A stretch of 62,923 nucleotides of DNA, filler included, from Choristocarpus tenellus KU-1152 (lineage: Eukaryota; Protista; Phaeophyceae), in NCBI GenBank assembly GCA_964200185.2. It is 11 parts of 11 records of this genome, joined end to end, with 100 filler letters (N's around TTAATTAATTAA, not from the genome) between each part and the next. Parts side by side here need not be neighbours in the genome. Positions count along the whole stretch, not along the records: positions 26,048 to 29,451 come from CAXNAD020020268.1; positions 29,552 to 32,120 come from CAXNAD020026697.1; positions 32,221 to 37,469 come from CAXNAD020011354.1; positions 37,570 to 41,747 come from CAXNAD020015831.1; 7 more parts are not named here. One strand, 5' to 3'. Under the pieces are notes generated by a model that saw only the letters and a list, made by a program, of their open reading frames with translations, had not been told where the DNA came from and ran no database searches. Shown in pieces: positions 26,080-38,293 of this stretch. The translations under genes were made by a program, and so were the position numbers. Each line of letters begins with the position of its first letter. Positions within the stretch are counted from its first letter, which is position 1.

Positions 26080-28080
26080 TTGGTGTTCCTGGCAGCACTC
26101 CGCTTACCGGAGGCAAGCTCAAGAAAAATCTATGTTCTGTACCCTCTTAACTGCCTGCCTCCTGCAAGGAAAGGATGCATCTCAGTTTAACTTTCTAAAC
26201 CTCGTGAAGGGGCAGGCAGCGGGGAGAAGGATGGGAAAAGAGTTTGCTGCAATGCACTGGGAAACTCCCACCTCTTGGGGAATCACCACAATCTCAGGGA
26301 ATCATTAAGGCACTGTCAAACATGGGGAAATATGGTGTTGTGAGACACATCATGTATGTGGTGCAATCTCACCAAGGGTCCATCTACAATTAGGGTACCT
26401 TTAGTGTTTCTGTGATTGTGGGAAAACCTCAGCATTTTTGCTCCAAATACCCAAATAGTCACGATAATTGAATGTAATCACACTTTCCTCATCAACATGG
26501 ATGATGTGTCTCCAAGTGTTCAGTCCAGGTTGTTCATTCGGGGCTCAATGAGGTGTTGTAAAATACTCCCGTTTGATGCCCATTTTGCGGATAATTTTCC
26601 TTCAAAGGATGGGAAAAGGAAGGTGTGTTGAGATTAAGAAGATTTCCCCTACATCTGATACGCTTACTTGATGGCAAAGAAATCACTACACGGTCACACA
26701 GTCCCCCCAATGGACGCCTGATGACGAGGATGCCTGGGAAAGCGGTGGTTCCCTAAGAGGTGGGGTTTCCCAAGTGCACTGCAGTGCCTAGGGCAACTAC
26801 TAATAGGATGAGAAGGCATGACAATTTTGTAATAGAGGAATCTTCAGGGAGGTACTTTGTTGCCACTAATTCGCTGGGTCTCACCTCTGTCAGCACAATG
26901 GGAATGACATTCTGAAGGTTGAGATTATTACGGTTTTGAATGTCCCACCAAGAGTACATCAACCTGCAATAGTTGTTGACCCAAACAAGGGATGCTGAAG
27001 GAAGAGCAGGTGATATCTCACACCAACTTCACCCATCCAGGGCATGTACACAGCACCTCTCATCACCAGGTTGACAGACTGGGGGTGGTCCAGGTAATTG
27101 GTGGTGTTGATATCGACCCTTAATCCAGCGGGGAGAAAACAGGATTGAAGCAAGTCCCATGGAGGGAAGCCTGACTTGGTACTGAATGGCGTGTGTCACC
27201 CCAAGTAGAGTTACAGGTGTGGAATGGGCTTGCAATCAATTGGTGTCCCAGGAGGCAGCAGAAACGTTTGTGGAGAAGAGAAGAATGGGTATATGCCTCA
27301 TCAAGGTCCAAGTCTGAGCACATCCTTGTGAGGAAGAGGGCAAAATCCGTGTTGAGGAGTGAATTGTAGAAGGCTGCCTACTCTGGCCTGACCTGTCACG
27401 TTACTTGTGTCACAATCATCAAGCCCCGGCTAAACCCGTCATCCCTCTATTGTGTATGACCTGCAAATAGAATTAGTTATCCACATGAGTGCTGTGGACA
27501 GAGGAGAGAGCTGCACAGGGTGCCCTGTAAGGATGATATTTGAGTCCTCTGAATATATCTGCAGTATTTTCCGTTCCATTTGCTCTTCCAATGGTTGTTT
27601 GTCGACCCAGGTGCCAAGGAGATCCTGACTCAACAGGGATATTTTTTCGGACAGGACAAAGTCTAAGTCCTACACACTAGCTGAAGCACGAGCAGGTTGT
27701 TGCCGTTAAACTCATTATCATCAGATCCCCCTGCAGCGAGGTTGGGGATTTTGTGCCTGCTGTGAACTCTTGACTAGAAACCCTGCTCACGCAGTGTTGC
27801 AAGTCAGCGTGAGGAGCAAAAAACGTGTCTTTCCCACCACTGTCATAATGGCATTGATGACAAAGGTTTCCCTATGCCAAGCCATACGTACAATGTCAGG
27901 AAAAAAAGTCTGCCTCGCTTAGGTGGAGTTGACCCATGTCCTGTAAATGCATGAGCTGTTCGAGGTATGTGTTGAGACTGGTCACCTCTCTCACACTACG
28001 AGAGTCTGCCTCTCATTGATCCTACCCGCATAAAGTTGCTGTGGTATCAATGGCATCACATCCCCTGGAGTTAGAAATGT
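26080..28080 (-). mobile_element. Degenerate tyrosine-recombinase retrotransposon (DIRS/Ngaro-type) RT/RNaseH region
   Basis: Minus-strand DLDEAYTH, RLPSMGL, NYLDH (YLDD-like), LPED, SLRLW...W and DAS (RNaseH) in DIRS/Ngaro order. The recombinase itself was not seen. May extend to ~28900. Confidence 0.55.
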
Positions 28081-28088
28081 TGGGGCAT

Positions 28089-28346
28089 GAGTGAGAGTAT
28101 CTTAGAGAGTATGAGTTTTACCCTGTTTGTCCATTTGGGGCTTGGCTTCTCATAGTTTTTTTATGACACTTTCCTACTCCAAAACGTTTAGGAGTAGGTA
28201 AAATATATACATTATGAAAAGGTGTGTCCAGAACATGGATATTGACACTTCCTAACAAACATGATAGTCAAAATTACATCAAAATCGTAACATTGGATTT
28301 TGGCCACCAAATGGATGCGGCTCTACCCTCTAAGATACTTTGGCTC
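28089..28346 (+). mobile_element. MITE family A, full copy
   Basis: Colinear with 4817-5060; both TIRs present. Confidence 0.9.
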
Positions 28347-29017
28347 ACATGCTCAAGCAATGTTACTTGGTGCCCTTCTCAAAGATCCACCAGTTAGTCC
28401 ATGTAGGCATTGTCATCCCAAATGAAGTCTACCTTAGGGACAGGAAGCTCAGGCTGGAGGCCAAAGACACTGTTGGCATCAGGATTACCACAATTATTTC
28501 TGCCCAGCATCCCCTAAATGTAATGTAATTGAGCTGTGATCATTCAATCACCTTCAACCAACTTCAACATCAAAATCAGATATATCCTCGCAGATACCCT
28601 ACTCCTACTGCCTATAGCCGCTCAGTGTCAATTTCTCGGCATGCACAATGGACAGTCCATCGGAATTGGATATAGACTATTCACTGAGAGGCACAGCATA
28701 AGCATCAAAGTGGGTTACTTTGAAGCGTGTAGTGGTGCTGCATCTAGCACGTGATGTGAGCAAATCTTTTTGCCGATCTCCCCCACCCTTTGACGGTACC
28801 TACTCGCACCCGATGTCAATTGCTCACATGCCCTGATGAGTTCAAAGGGATAGATGATGAACCTTTCAGGGTCAAAATATAAATACACTGTTGAGAGGGT
28901 GGGGAATACTGCATAGCAAATGCATCTTATTGGATCAATGTAGGATATGGTCAATCCAATCGGTAATTTTTTGCTGTTTCACACACTTCCCGTACCTCTG
29001 TCAAAATCATTTCACAG

Positions 29018-29167
29018 GTAGATGACCAAGAAGTAGACCTGGATCAAGCCTCAGTCCGCGAGGCCAGTCTTCTTGAGGAGCTCCGGCGCATGGAGGTCAC
29101 ACAATGTGTGGCAACGGCGGCAAGAGATCGGAAGATGGCAGTGCACAGGGAGCGGATGCGATGGGCT
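29018..29167 (+). CDS. Isolated internal exon of an unidentified host gene (helical/coiled-coil-like peptide)
   Basis: ttcacag| 150-nt open phase 0-0 exon |gtaagt; VDDQEVDLDQASVREASLLEELRRMEVTQCVATAARDRKMAVHRERMRWA; retains CpGs unlike the flanking relics. Confidence 0.55.
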
Positions 29168-29451
29168 GTAAGTCTGCTTTGATTCTTCTGGGGTGTTTGC
29201 TCTGTTCACTTGTAAGATGTGCACACACGCACATACACACACATGCTTTACTTGAGCTGTTAGAAAAAGAACTGAGTATACTTGCACATGCAGTTTGAAG
29301 GTACTGTTAGTTCTGTGTTGTCTGCCCCGATCCCTTCATTCAAAAAAAAAAATCCCTGTTGGGACCGGTACCGCCTAGGAAAAGCAACCAAACCCCCTCA
29401 TGCCCTATCCCCCCACCACAACCAGAAAACAAAAACAAAGCAAAGACAACC

Positions 29452-29551
29452 NNNNNNNNNNNNNNNNNNNNNNNNNNNNNNNNNNNNNNNNNNNNTTAAT
29501 TAATTAANNNNNNNNNNNNNNNNNNNNNNNNNNNNNNNNNNNNNNNNNNNN
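29452..29551. other. Artificial assembly spacer
   Basis: Same pattern. Confidence 0.97.
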
Positions 29552-29589
29552 CTATATGCCTTCTGCTCCCCCTTCACATCACGTTCTTC

Positions 29590-31885
29590 GCAGATAAAGT
29601 ATAGTCGAAGCATTTAAGAGGTGCCCTACTGGACCCCTGCCTAAGGATTGAGTGTGGCAAATGGGTCATTAGTCTAGATGAAAGAAACACCTTCAACAGC
29701 ATATGCCACTCAGTCTTCGTTGAGGCTCTCCTTGAGGCCCTACCAGGACTCCTACCCTACGTGTCCAAGGTGTATGGGGACACCCGTGATCTTCTTTCCC
29801 CCCTGGATGAGGGAGGGATGAAGATATTCCCCCTTGGCCCCCTCTTATACTGCATGGCAACCATCAAAGCCCTACTGCGGGTCCAGTCTATCTTTGGCCC
29901 CAGGGGGTCTCCTCCTGAAGTTATCTGGATGACACATCCATTTCTGCAAGGGAGAACAACTGCACCATGATAGCTGCTTTCAAGCAGCTGAAAACCCATC
30001 TACACGAGGTAGGCATCAACCTAAACATGGACAAGACCTTTGCTGCACCTCCCCAGGGCCACCAGCCCACGCCCTCAGAACTAGAACTTCTGACCACAGC
30101 GGGAATCAACCTGACCACGGACCCAAATGGTTTTGTTTCACTACGGGCGCTCGAGTGGGAACAAATGAAATAATCCAAGTCCATATGGCTGAGGTGATCA
30201 AGAGCTCTGAGTCGCGAATGCTGGCCACGCACGCGAGTGAGATGGAGGACAAACAAGCTGCCTGGCTCCTCAACTCCTGGTTCCTCTATTCCCGCTTAGT
30301 CAATTTGGTAAGGATCACTCCCCTCACCTGTCGCGCTCTACTATGGAACAAGCTGTCAACACCTCACTGTGAATGCTGGAGAAGATAATGGAGGTAGCAG
30401 ATTCAGCGGGAGCCACTGACTTCTTTGAAGGGGTGTGTGAAATTGGGTCTCTTCGCCTGGAAACATACCAACAAGTGCAGGCACAGATGCCCAACAGTTC
30501 GGGGGGGTTGGGCCTATCCTCTATGAAGAATTGCCAGCATGCAGCCTTTGTAGGATCACTGGTGGCCACTCTCCCCACCCTTTTAGCAAGGCAACAAGGG
30601 CCTCATGGAGAGTCTATCTCACAAGTCATCTGTATAAGCCCCGCAGTTGGGGACCTGAGGTGATCTATCCAAACCCTCCTCTCTATAGGAGTCCCTTCAG
30701 AAGACTTGGCGGGAATTATTGGTCAAGGCTGGGTAGCTTGGGGGCGAACAACAGCCTCTACACCTGCCTCAGAGGCCCACGCTCTAGCAGCCCGTGATGC
30801 CAGGATCACAAGGAGGGCACAACCCGAGATTTCCCGCCTCCTGAACAGGATCCGGTCCAACTCTTTCCGGACGCAATTGACCAACCTACCAGACGATGCT
30901 GGACAAGGGAGGTAAGTTCTTCGCTAGCCCTGACCCGCAACCAGAGCCGATGTGGACAAGGGGCAAATGCATGGGTCTCCACACAACCCCTGGAACCAGC
31001 ACACCAGATCCCTCCCATAGAGTTTAGACTCAATACCAGCAGATCCCTAGGGAGGGAGGAGCCCCTATCGAACAGGGGCCCAGTGGCTGGGTGCAGGAGG
31101 CATAATGTGGACATTAGACATGTACGTACCTGCCCTAGGGTAGGGGGGCAGGTCCGCCAACACACACCAACAGTGAAGCGTCTAGGTTAATCTGCAAAGG
31201 AATGGGCATCCCTTTCACTATGGAAGACGGTAGACCATCCACACAGTGGACTGGAATTTCCGCATGGATGTGGTCTTCCATGCTGGGGCACTTGTGGACA
31301 CCGGATCAGCCCCCTATCAGGATAAATGCCTCTTCCTGGATGTTACGTTTCCAGAAGTGCAAGCAGTCTCCCATCTACCACACTCATCCACCAGCGATAG
31401 TACAACTACTGCTGGAGCTGAGGCGCGAAATCGCACCCACTACGAGGGTTCTTTTGACCCTCGTAGTTTAACCTCAACACCTTCGTGGCGGAAACTTTTG
31501 GGCGGCTCGGTAAGCAAGCAGAAAGTTTTCTGAATGAGTTGGCTACCCACGTGGTAGGGGGGAGAGAGGCAGGAGGCTAGAACAGGAAAGGAGGTGTCAA
31601 ATTCTGTTTACGACGGATAGTGTCTTGTCACAACACAAGTGGCTCTATCAAGACGTGTCATGCGTTTAAGCTGGAGATGCCAGCGAGATGGGCAAGGAGG
31701 GGCCTGTCAGATTCTGGGGATGCTAGGTCCTAGCCCTGTGGTGTAGGGCTAAGCTGGATTGGAGGCATAGGAGGGGAGTGGTGTAGCATAGGTGGTAGTC
31801 AAATTGTAAATAGATTATAGATTTCTTTCACATTCACTAAACTGTTAGTTTTACAGAGGCTCTTAGATATTGAATTGACTTTTCA
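29590..31885 (+). mobile_element. Degenerate non-LTR retrotransposon with RT and C-terminal restriction-like endonuclease (CRE/R2-group type)
   Basis: LDERNTFNSI, PLGPLLYC, YLDD (29922-29933), GINLNMDKT, GGLGL, zinc-knuckle C...H..TC...G...H, RMDV...FLDVT, then a 3' UTR ending in ttgacttttca; many frameshifts. Confidence 0.85.
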
Positions 31886-31924
31886 CCTCACACACAAACT
31901 GTTAAACAGGGGATATTATTCGGC

Positions 31925-32120
31925 AAGGGGGATCAATCCTATTACCATAGCTGCTTTCGAGCAGTTAAAAACCAATCTCCAGGAGGTAGGCTTCATCCTA
32001 AATATGGACAAGACATTTGCCGCACCTCCCCAGGGCCACCAACCCACGCCCTCGGAACTAGAGCTCCTTTCCACGACAGGAATCAACCTAGCCCCGAACC
32101 CCAGTGGTTTTGTCACTCTA
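31925..32120 (+). mobile_element. Second internal fragment of the same CRE-like LINE
   Basis: Near-identical to 29960-30145 (IAAFEQLKTNLQEVGFILNMDKTFAAPPQGHQPTPSELELL); truncated by the gap. Confidence 0.85.
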
Positions 32121-32220
32121 NNNNNNNNNNNNNNNNNNNNNNNNNNNNNNNNNNNNNNNNNNNNTTAATTAATTAANNNNNNNNNNNNNNNNNNNNNNNN
32201 NNNNNNNNNNNNNNNNNNNN
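32121..32220. other. Artificial assembly spacer
   Basis: Same pattern. Confidence 0.97.
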
Positions 32221-32339
32221 ATATAGTTTTCATTGGTTTCCCCCTGACACATCTGCAAAATGTCAGAGGGCATAATAATAAAAAATAATATATATCAAAT
32301 AGTTGTTTCTACTTTAGATATTGGAAAAAGATCAAAAGC

Positions 32340-33290
32340 AAGATTCTATGGAATAATCTCCATCAATAATATTGTTCCAAACTGATGTAGAAAAGATCCT
32401 TGTTTTGTATGTAGTCATATGAACGAATCGTACGCAGATTTAAAGTTCAGGGGTATTACGGGGTGATATCGTTCCTCAATCTTATTGGAATGGACTATAA
32501 AAAGAATCTCCATCAAAGATGTTCAAACCCTCCAAATTCATACAGAAAAGATCTTTGTTTTGTACGTACTCACAAAAAATGAATGGTATGGAGAGTTAAC
32601 GTTCAGGGGTATTTGGGCTGTCATCATTCCTCATTGGTTAATGCAATGGCTTTTATGAAAAGAATCTCCAAGATGTTCGAACCTGTCAAACACACAAAGA
32701 AAATATCCTTATTTGTACGTATTACAAAAACGAATGATACGCAAAGTTAATATTCATATGATCATTCCTCACTCATCGATTACATTTAATGTCATGGGTA
32801 CCTCCACCAGCGCGTTCGAACCCTTTCGACGCCAGCCAGACCTCTTTCCACTGAAATCTGGTTTCAACGATACTATTGGACATCACAAACTTCATATAGC
32901 ACAATCCTAGCCCTAGAAAGGATAGTATTGGTGTACAGTTTAATGAAGTTTGTTGAACATTGTGATGATGTCGAATAGTGTCGTCGAAATCAGATTTTAG
33001 TGGAAAGAAGTCTGGCATCGAAGAGGTTCGAACCCTCTTGTAGGGGTAAACATTGTAATGACCAATGAGTTCGGAGTGATGACACCCACTAATATATCCC
33101 TAAAGGTTAACTCTATTTACACTGGTTCTTTGTGACTAGGTACAAAGCAATGATCTTTTCTGTATAATTTTGGGGGGTTTGAACACCTTTGATGGGAATT
33201 ATTTTCATAGAAGCCATTGCCTTAGCCGATGAGGAACGATGACACCCCCCCAAAAACCTTAACGTTAACTCTGCATACCATTGAAATTAT
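32340..33290. repeat. Foldback element: long inverted arms built from ~150-158-bp tandem units
   Basis: Units start at ~32355, 32505 and 32663 (aatctcc...); inner IR 32814-32890 / 32960-33033; inverted units at 33050-33290. Confidence 0.8.
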
Positions 33291-34259
33291 TTTAATGAAA
33301 TTCTGGTTTGAACCTTTGTCTAAGGGGTGAAGTAGGAACGACTACTATTGAACTGTAAGGGTTGTACACTAGTACTCTAAGCTCATTCTTCTTCCTATCA
33401 CTACTACTACTATACTCTTGCTGCTTTACCAATAGTGGAGAAACAAGCGAGGAGAGGATTTCCAGTACAATTTGTGGTGTATATACGATGAGTGCAAGTA
33501 GTGTAGAGTGCACTGCCTCTGACCACGGATCGGAACACGGACGGGAGGGGATTATTACCCTCGGTTACGGTTCGTCTTTGTTGTCTGGTCTGTCTTGGCC
33601 GGTGATTCTCTTCGCCACCCTTGCCTAAGTGAACCACGCCGCCACAGAATCACACGATTCGCACCTCTGACATTTTCCAGATGTGTTAGAGGTTATGCTA
33701 ACATGTGAATAGTTTTTATTGGTTTCATAATATATATTGTGGTGGAAATTGATTAAGCACGAAGTAAGAAGGATACTTCCCCTTCACCTGAATAATCAAT
33801 GAGTAAAATAAAGTTACACCCTTCATTTGTGGCATTGTATGTTATAAGGCATTGTTCATTAAGCCTTGTACGACCACATACACCAGGGAAACGAATGCTT
33901 TGCTTCTCCTTTTGCGTGTATTTAATTGGAGAATCAAATTATGTGGATTGTTGTTACAGTAGTATTATTGTACCATTTTCTCACGTGCTTTGTTTTAGGT
34001 CGTGGAAGATTTCGAATTTGGAATGTAAGCCTGTCATTGCATGTAACAACACATTGAAGATGCATCAGAGGAGGGACAAAAAAAACCCCGATATTGTGGT
34101 AGTAGAAACTAACATTAAAATATATTATCATTTTCACCGTACTTTCTTCTTTTATTCTGTACTAGTACCCCGTACTATCTACCTAGTACTCGAAGTATAT
34201 AAAGATGTCACTTGTGTGTGGTATTGTTCCCTCTGAACAATCATCACACTGCAGCTGTA

Positions 34260-35140
34260 CTACTACCCTAGTCCTACAAAGAGAGGTAGTCGAGGAGGTG
34301 CAGGAGGGGAAATCCTAATAACCTATTAGGATCCTTCTTGCTCACCAACCCAGTGTCTCCAGCTTGAAGAACATTGCCTGCCTCAGGAGAGGTACCTAAC
34401 CCTGTGTAGTCACTGGCAATCTCTGTCTCAAACGAGTCCTGAGAGCTTTCCCATGTTGTACCTCCTAACCCCTCTCCCCCCTACCACATGTGCGGCCACA
34501 TTATCGAGGAGACTCTCTGCTTGCTTACCAAGGCGCCCAAACTTTCCACCAGAAAAGAAAGGTGCTGAGGTTGAACTACGAGGATCAGAAGACCCCTGAA
34601 AGTGATCGCGCTTTTGATCCTCAGCAGCTACAGCAGCAACAGAATTCCTGGCGAATTAAGTGGTAAAGGTGGCAAGTTGCCGGGATCTGCAAAAGAAAAT
34701 TCAGGAGCAGGTAGTTATGTCTTGGCATGGAGCTGAACCAGCCTCCAACTGTGCCCCAGTATGGGGCACCACATCCGTGTTAAGATTCCCGCCCAATGTG
34801 AATGGGTTGCGGTCCTACAATGTCTAAGGGATGCCCATTCCCTTGCCGATTTGGCCTGACCATTTCGCCATCAGTGTGTACTGCCATACTCGACCTCCAG
34901 CCCTAGGCCAAGTACATGCGTGTCAAGTATCAACATTCTGCCTTCTGTACCCTGCCGCCAGCACCTGTGCAGCAATACCTCCTTTCTTACCAGAGACCTA
35001 CTGGCAGCGAGGCTAAATTCAACAGGAATAGGAATCCGGTGTGCTGGCTCCAAGGAGTATGCGATGGCCTATTCATTAGCCCCTTGCCCACACTGGTTCC
35101 TGTGGCGGGTTAGAGCCAGCGAGAAAATTTCACTCCCCTG
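34260..35140 (-). mobile_element. Diverged copy of the CRE-like LINE (endonuclease region)
   Basis: Reverse-complement similarity to ~30910-31700 (e.g. ggtgctgaggttgaactacgagg, gccctaggccaagtacatgcgtgtc). Confidence 0.75.
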
Positions 35141-35749
35141 TTCCAGTTTCGATTGCATCTATCTTGTCCACCACACCACTGGCTCCCTCCCCAATAGGTA
35201 GTTCGGGGCAGCAATCTTGTCACCAAAATCGGTGCATTGCCAATAAATCATCTTTATTTACTTCTGTGTAACCTACTACTACTATTTTTGTGTGTGTTAT
35301 GCAGCATGTATGTATGTATGTATTGTGTATACATGTATACGCAATACATTTACAATATGGTGCGTATCACGTGTCACAAACTATATACTACTGTTACTAC
35401 AGGATATGGGGGAGAGGAGGACAACGGCTAACACAGCAGATTGACTGGCAGATGTTAGATAAACACGTGGGAAACGAGTTCAGTACATCTTTCTTTCTAA
35501 ACTTCACCACAGCATAACTACGGAAGCACGGGCTTTGACTACAAGAGAATGTAGTTTTTCATAGACAAGCTGTTGATGGCTGACCCTGAGGTGCGATAAA
35601 CACGGCAAGTACCAGACTGTACAAAGAGGTCGAGGAAGCAAGAGAAAGCTCTACAGAGAGAGGAAAAAGGAATGTCAAGAACCCTGTGCACATCAAAGGA
35701 TCAAGCCTGAGGAACGGGGTGCCACCCACTCATCAAGAATTCGGAACTA

Positions 35750-36560
35750 GGACGTCACAGTTGCCACCTGCGGTGTTCACACAATGCCAGTAAATGGTGT
35801 GAACAACATAGAACATGCAGATACCCTACTCCTACGCGCTGCGTCTATCGGATTTGATATGGTTTGGGTTTCAGAAAATAAGGCAAGATGACCGGCACAA
35901 GTTCGAAAATAGTGAGTAGAGTACTGTCTTTCACAGTGGAGATGAGGATGATGTAGGGAGACATGGTATTGCGCTGGCAGTGAGGTCAAGTGTCCAGAAA
36001 GACTAAAAGAAGAATACATCAGCAACAGGCTAACCAAGGTTCAGATCCTCCTGATGAGGGTATCAAATGCAGGAAAATTATTCATTGTAGGTCACACCCC
36101 AGTCCAGCCTACAGGGGATGGGGGGGGAAGCAGAAAAGAGAAGAGCAGAGAAGGACGAGTTCTGGAAGGCCTTATGCAAAACTGTGGAGCAGGTTCCCTG
36201 TAAGGACAAGCTGCTCGTCCTTATGAATGGAACAGTTGCTTGAGATAAACAGAGGTCAAAGGGGAGAGGGATAGCATGTTTCTTGGACCCATGATTGCAA
36301 TCAAATGAACAGTAGTGCGGTACGCCTTGCAAGGTTGCAGGTATTGATACGCCTGCATTCGTCATCAACTTTTCTGTTCATCAAAAGGGAAAATTAAAGA
36401 GTCTGACCTCTGCTATGTGGATCCCATAGGGAACAAATTCCACCTCATTGACTACATCATCACTTGTCAACATGACTGATGGTGCCTTCTCTGAAACGTC
36501 ACTGCGGGTCCTACCTTGAAATCAGATGGTCGTACATATATCGACCTTGATCTGCCTTCT
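35750..36560 (+). mobile_element. Degenerate APE-endonuclease region of an RTE-like LINE
   Basis: VATCGVHTM (TxNVRTL-like), GFDMV, VFHSG...HGIALAV, EKDEFWKAL....EQVP..DKLLVL, LIDYIIT. Confidence 0.7.
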
Positions 36561-37320
36561 GAGACAATTTGCACCTCATCATTGGAAGGGAGCCCAGAAG
36601 ACGTAGAGAGGGGGATATTGCTGAATTGACGGGGATGTGGTTTCCAGCTCACCCTTGAGGACTACACTGGAGCATTTCTTGGGCAACAAACTGGACGTTG
36701 TTAATCTTCTGCCCCAAAAAATATTAAAAAGAGACAGCAACCTACACCTCATGTACAGATTTACAATATATAAATCACCTTTACCGTCACCCTGCTTGAA
36801 CAAGAAAGGGAATTTCCTCGTATACTGGTACAAAGTGCCTTTCGACAGGACTCAAGATTGAATGACATGATGCATGGAGATAATTAAGTACACACCTTCT
36901 TGGCACCAGTTGGTGCTCTTGACTGTTGTAAATGTGTTTTTCTCTATTCTCCCTCAATTTCTGTGTTCTTGTTTTTTTTTAATTAGTGGAGGAGTAACAT
37001 TTGGAGAGATTGATTTTACTGTAGTAGGTGAAAAAAATAATAGAAGTTGGTAGGTTGTAAGTACGAGTTAATGATTTTTAAATAACAGGTCAAAACAAAA
37101 CGAACACAACAAAATGAGTGATATTTATTATATATATATGTATGTATTATGTAAGACTCCCTCTCTAGAAATAATAGTAGTAGTATTGTAGAATGTAGGG
37201 TGCTTGCAGAGGAATTGAAAGTATTGGGAATAATAGTTGTGTGGAGTTTGGACCTTTGGTACGATGTTAATTTAGTAAGATATCTTTTTACATATACACA
37301 TACATACTTACACCATATTA

Positions 37321-37469
37321 AACAGCCGATTTCAAAAATTGAGGATGGAGCTTTTCATTGAGGATGGGCTTGACCCAAAATTGATTTACAAAAAAAAACA
37401 TATCGACACTTTATCCCAGTCAATTTTGGGTCAAGTCCATCCTCAATGAAAAGCTCCATCCTCAATTTT
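37321..37469. mobile_element. MITE family D, gap-truncated
   Basis: Both inverted arms visible. Confidence 0.88.
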
Positions 37470-37569
37470 NNNNNNNNNNNNNNNNNNNNNNNNNNNNNNN
37501 NNNNNNNNNNNNNTTAATTAATTAANNNNNNNNNNNNNNNNNNNNNNNNNNNNNNNNNNNNNNNNNNNN
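37470..37569. other. Artificial assembly spacer
   Basis: Same pattern. Confidence 0.97.
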
Positions 37570-37695
37570 CTGCCCTGCCCCACCCCACAACATTTTTTTT
37601 CCCCTGACTTTTTAGAAGTGCCTACCCCCTACTTTTCTTTTTTTTTCTGGTGCCTGACTCCGATTCTGTCTCTGCTGCCTGCCCGCTTGCCCCCC

Positions 37696-37698
<3 letters not shown>

Positions 37699-37731
<33 letters not shown>

Positions 37732-37769
37732 TTCCTTCTTTTTCCCCCCCCCCCCCCCCCCCCCCCCCC

Positions 37770-37802
<33 letters not shown>
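37699..37802. repeat. Poly-C tract
   Basis: Direct reading; length likely unreliable. Confidence 0.9.
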
Positions 37803-37923
37803 ACCTATCCCCATTCCTAGCACGCAGTTATACACATACATGCTGTTTTTTCTCACACCTGTATATGCACGCCTTCCTGGTTCTCTTGGCAATCTCTTTT
37901 CCTGATGTTCTTACTGCTGATAG

Positions 37924-38258
37924 ACTGTGACAATACACTCTGCTGTGTCCTTTTTGGATGAGCTGATGGTACTACTACGATACAATCATCGACACTGGAG
38001 GCTTCATGCCGTCTGCTGTCTTAGCATTGCTGGTTAGTTCTTGGATTGGCCTGGTGATGGCTGGTTTGGTATGGTATGGTATGGTAGCAGGGGAGTTCTA
38101 AGGGCTAGGGGGCGTTTTTACTTACAATTTACAGGTGGGAGGTTCTTTTTTTTTTATTTGATTGTTTAAAAGGGTATTTATTTTTGGTATCGATTTTTTG
38201 TTGACAGTGTAACTGGTTAAGTGTGTTTAAACGTGCATGTTGATTCAATGTCTGTGTT

Positions 38259-38293
<35 letters not shown>

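Noticed and set aside
37618-37905. Poly-Pro/Gly ORFs (also 11873-12115)
   Set aside because: Translation of poly-C tracts in an intron or a MITE end.
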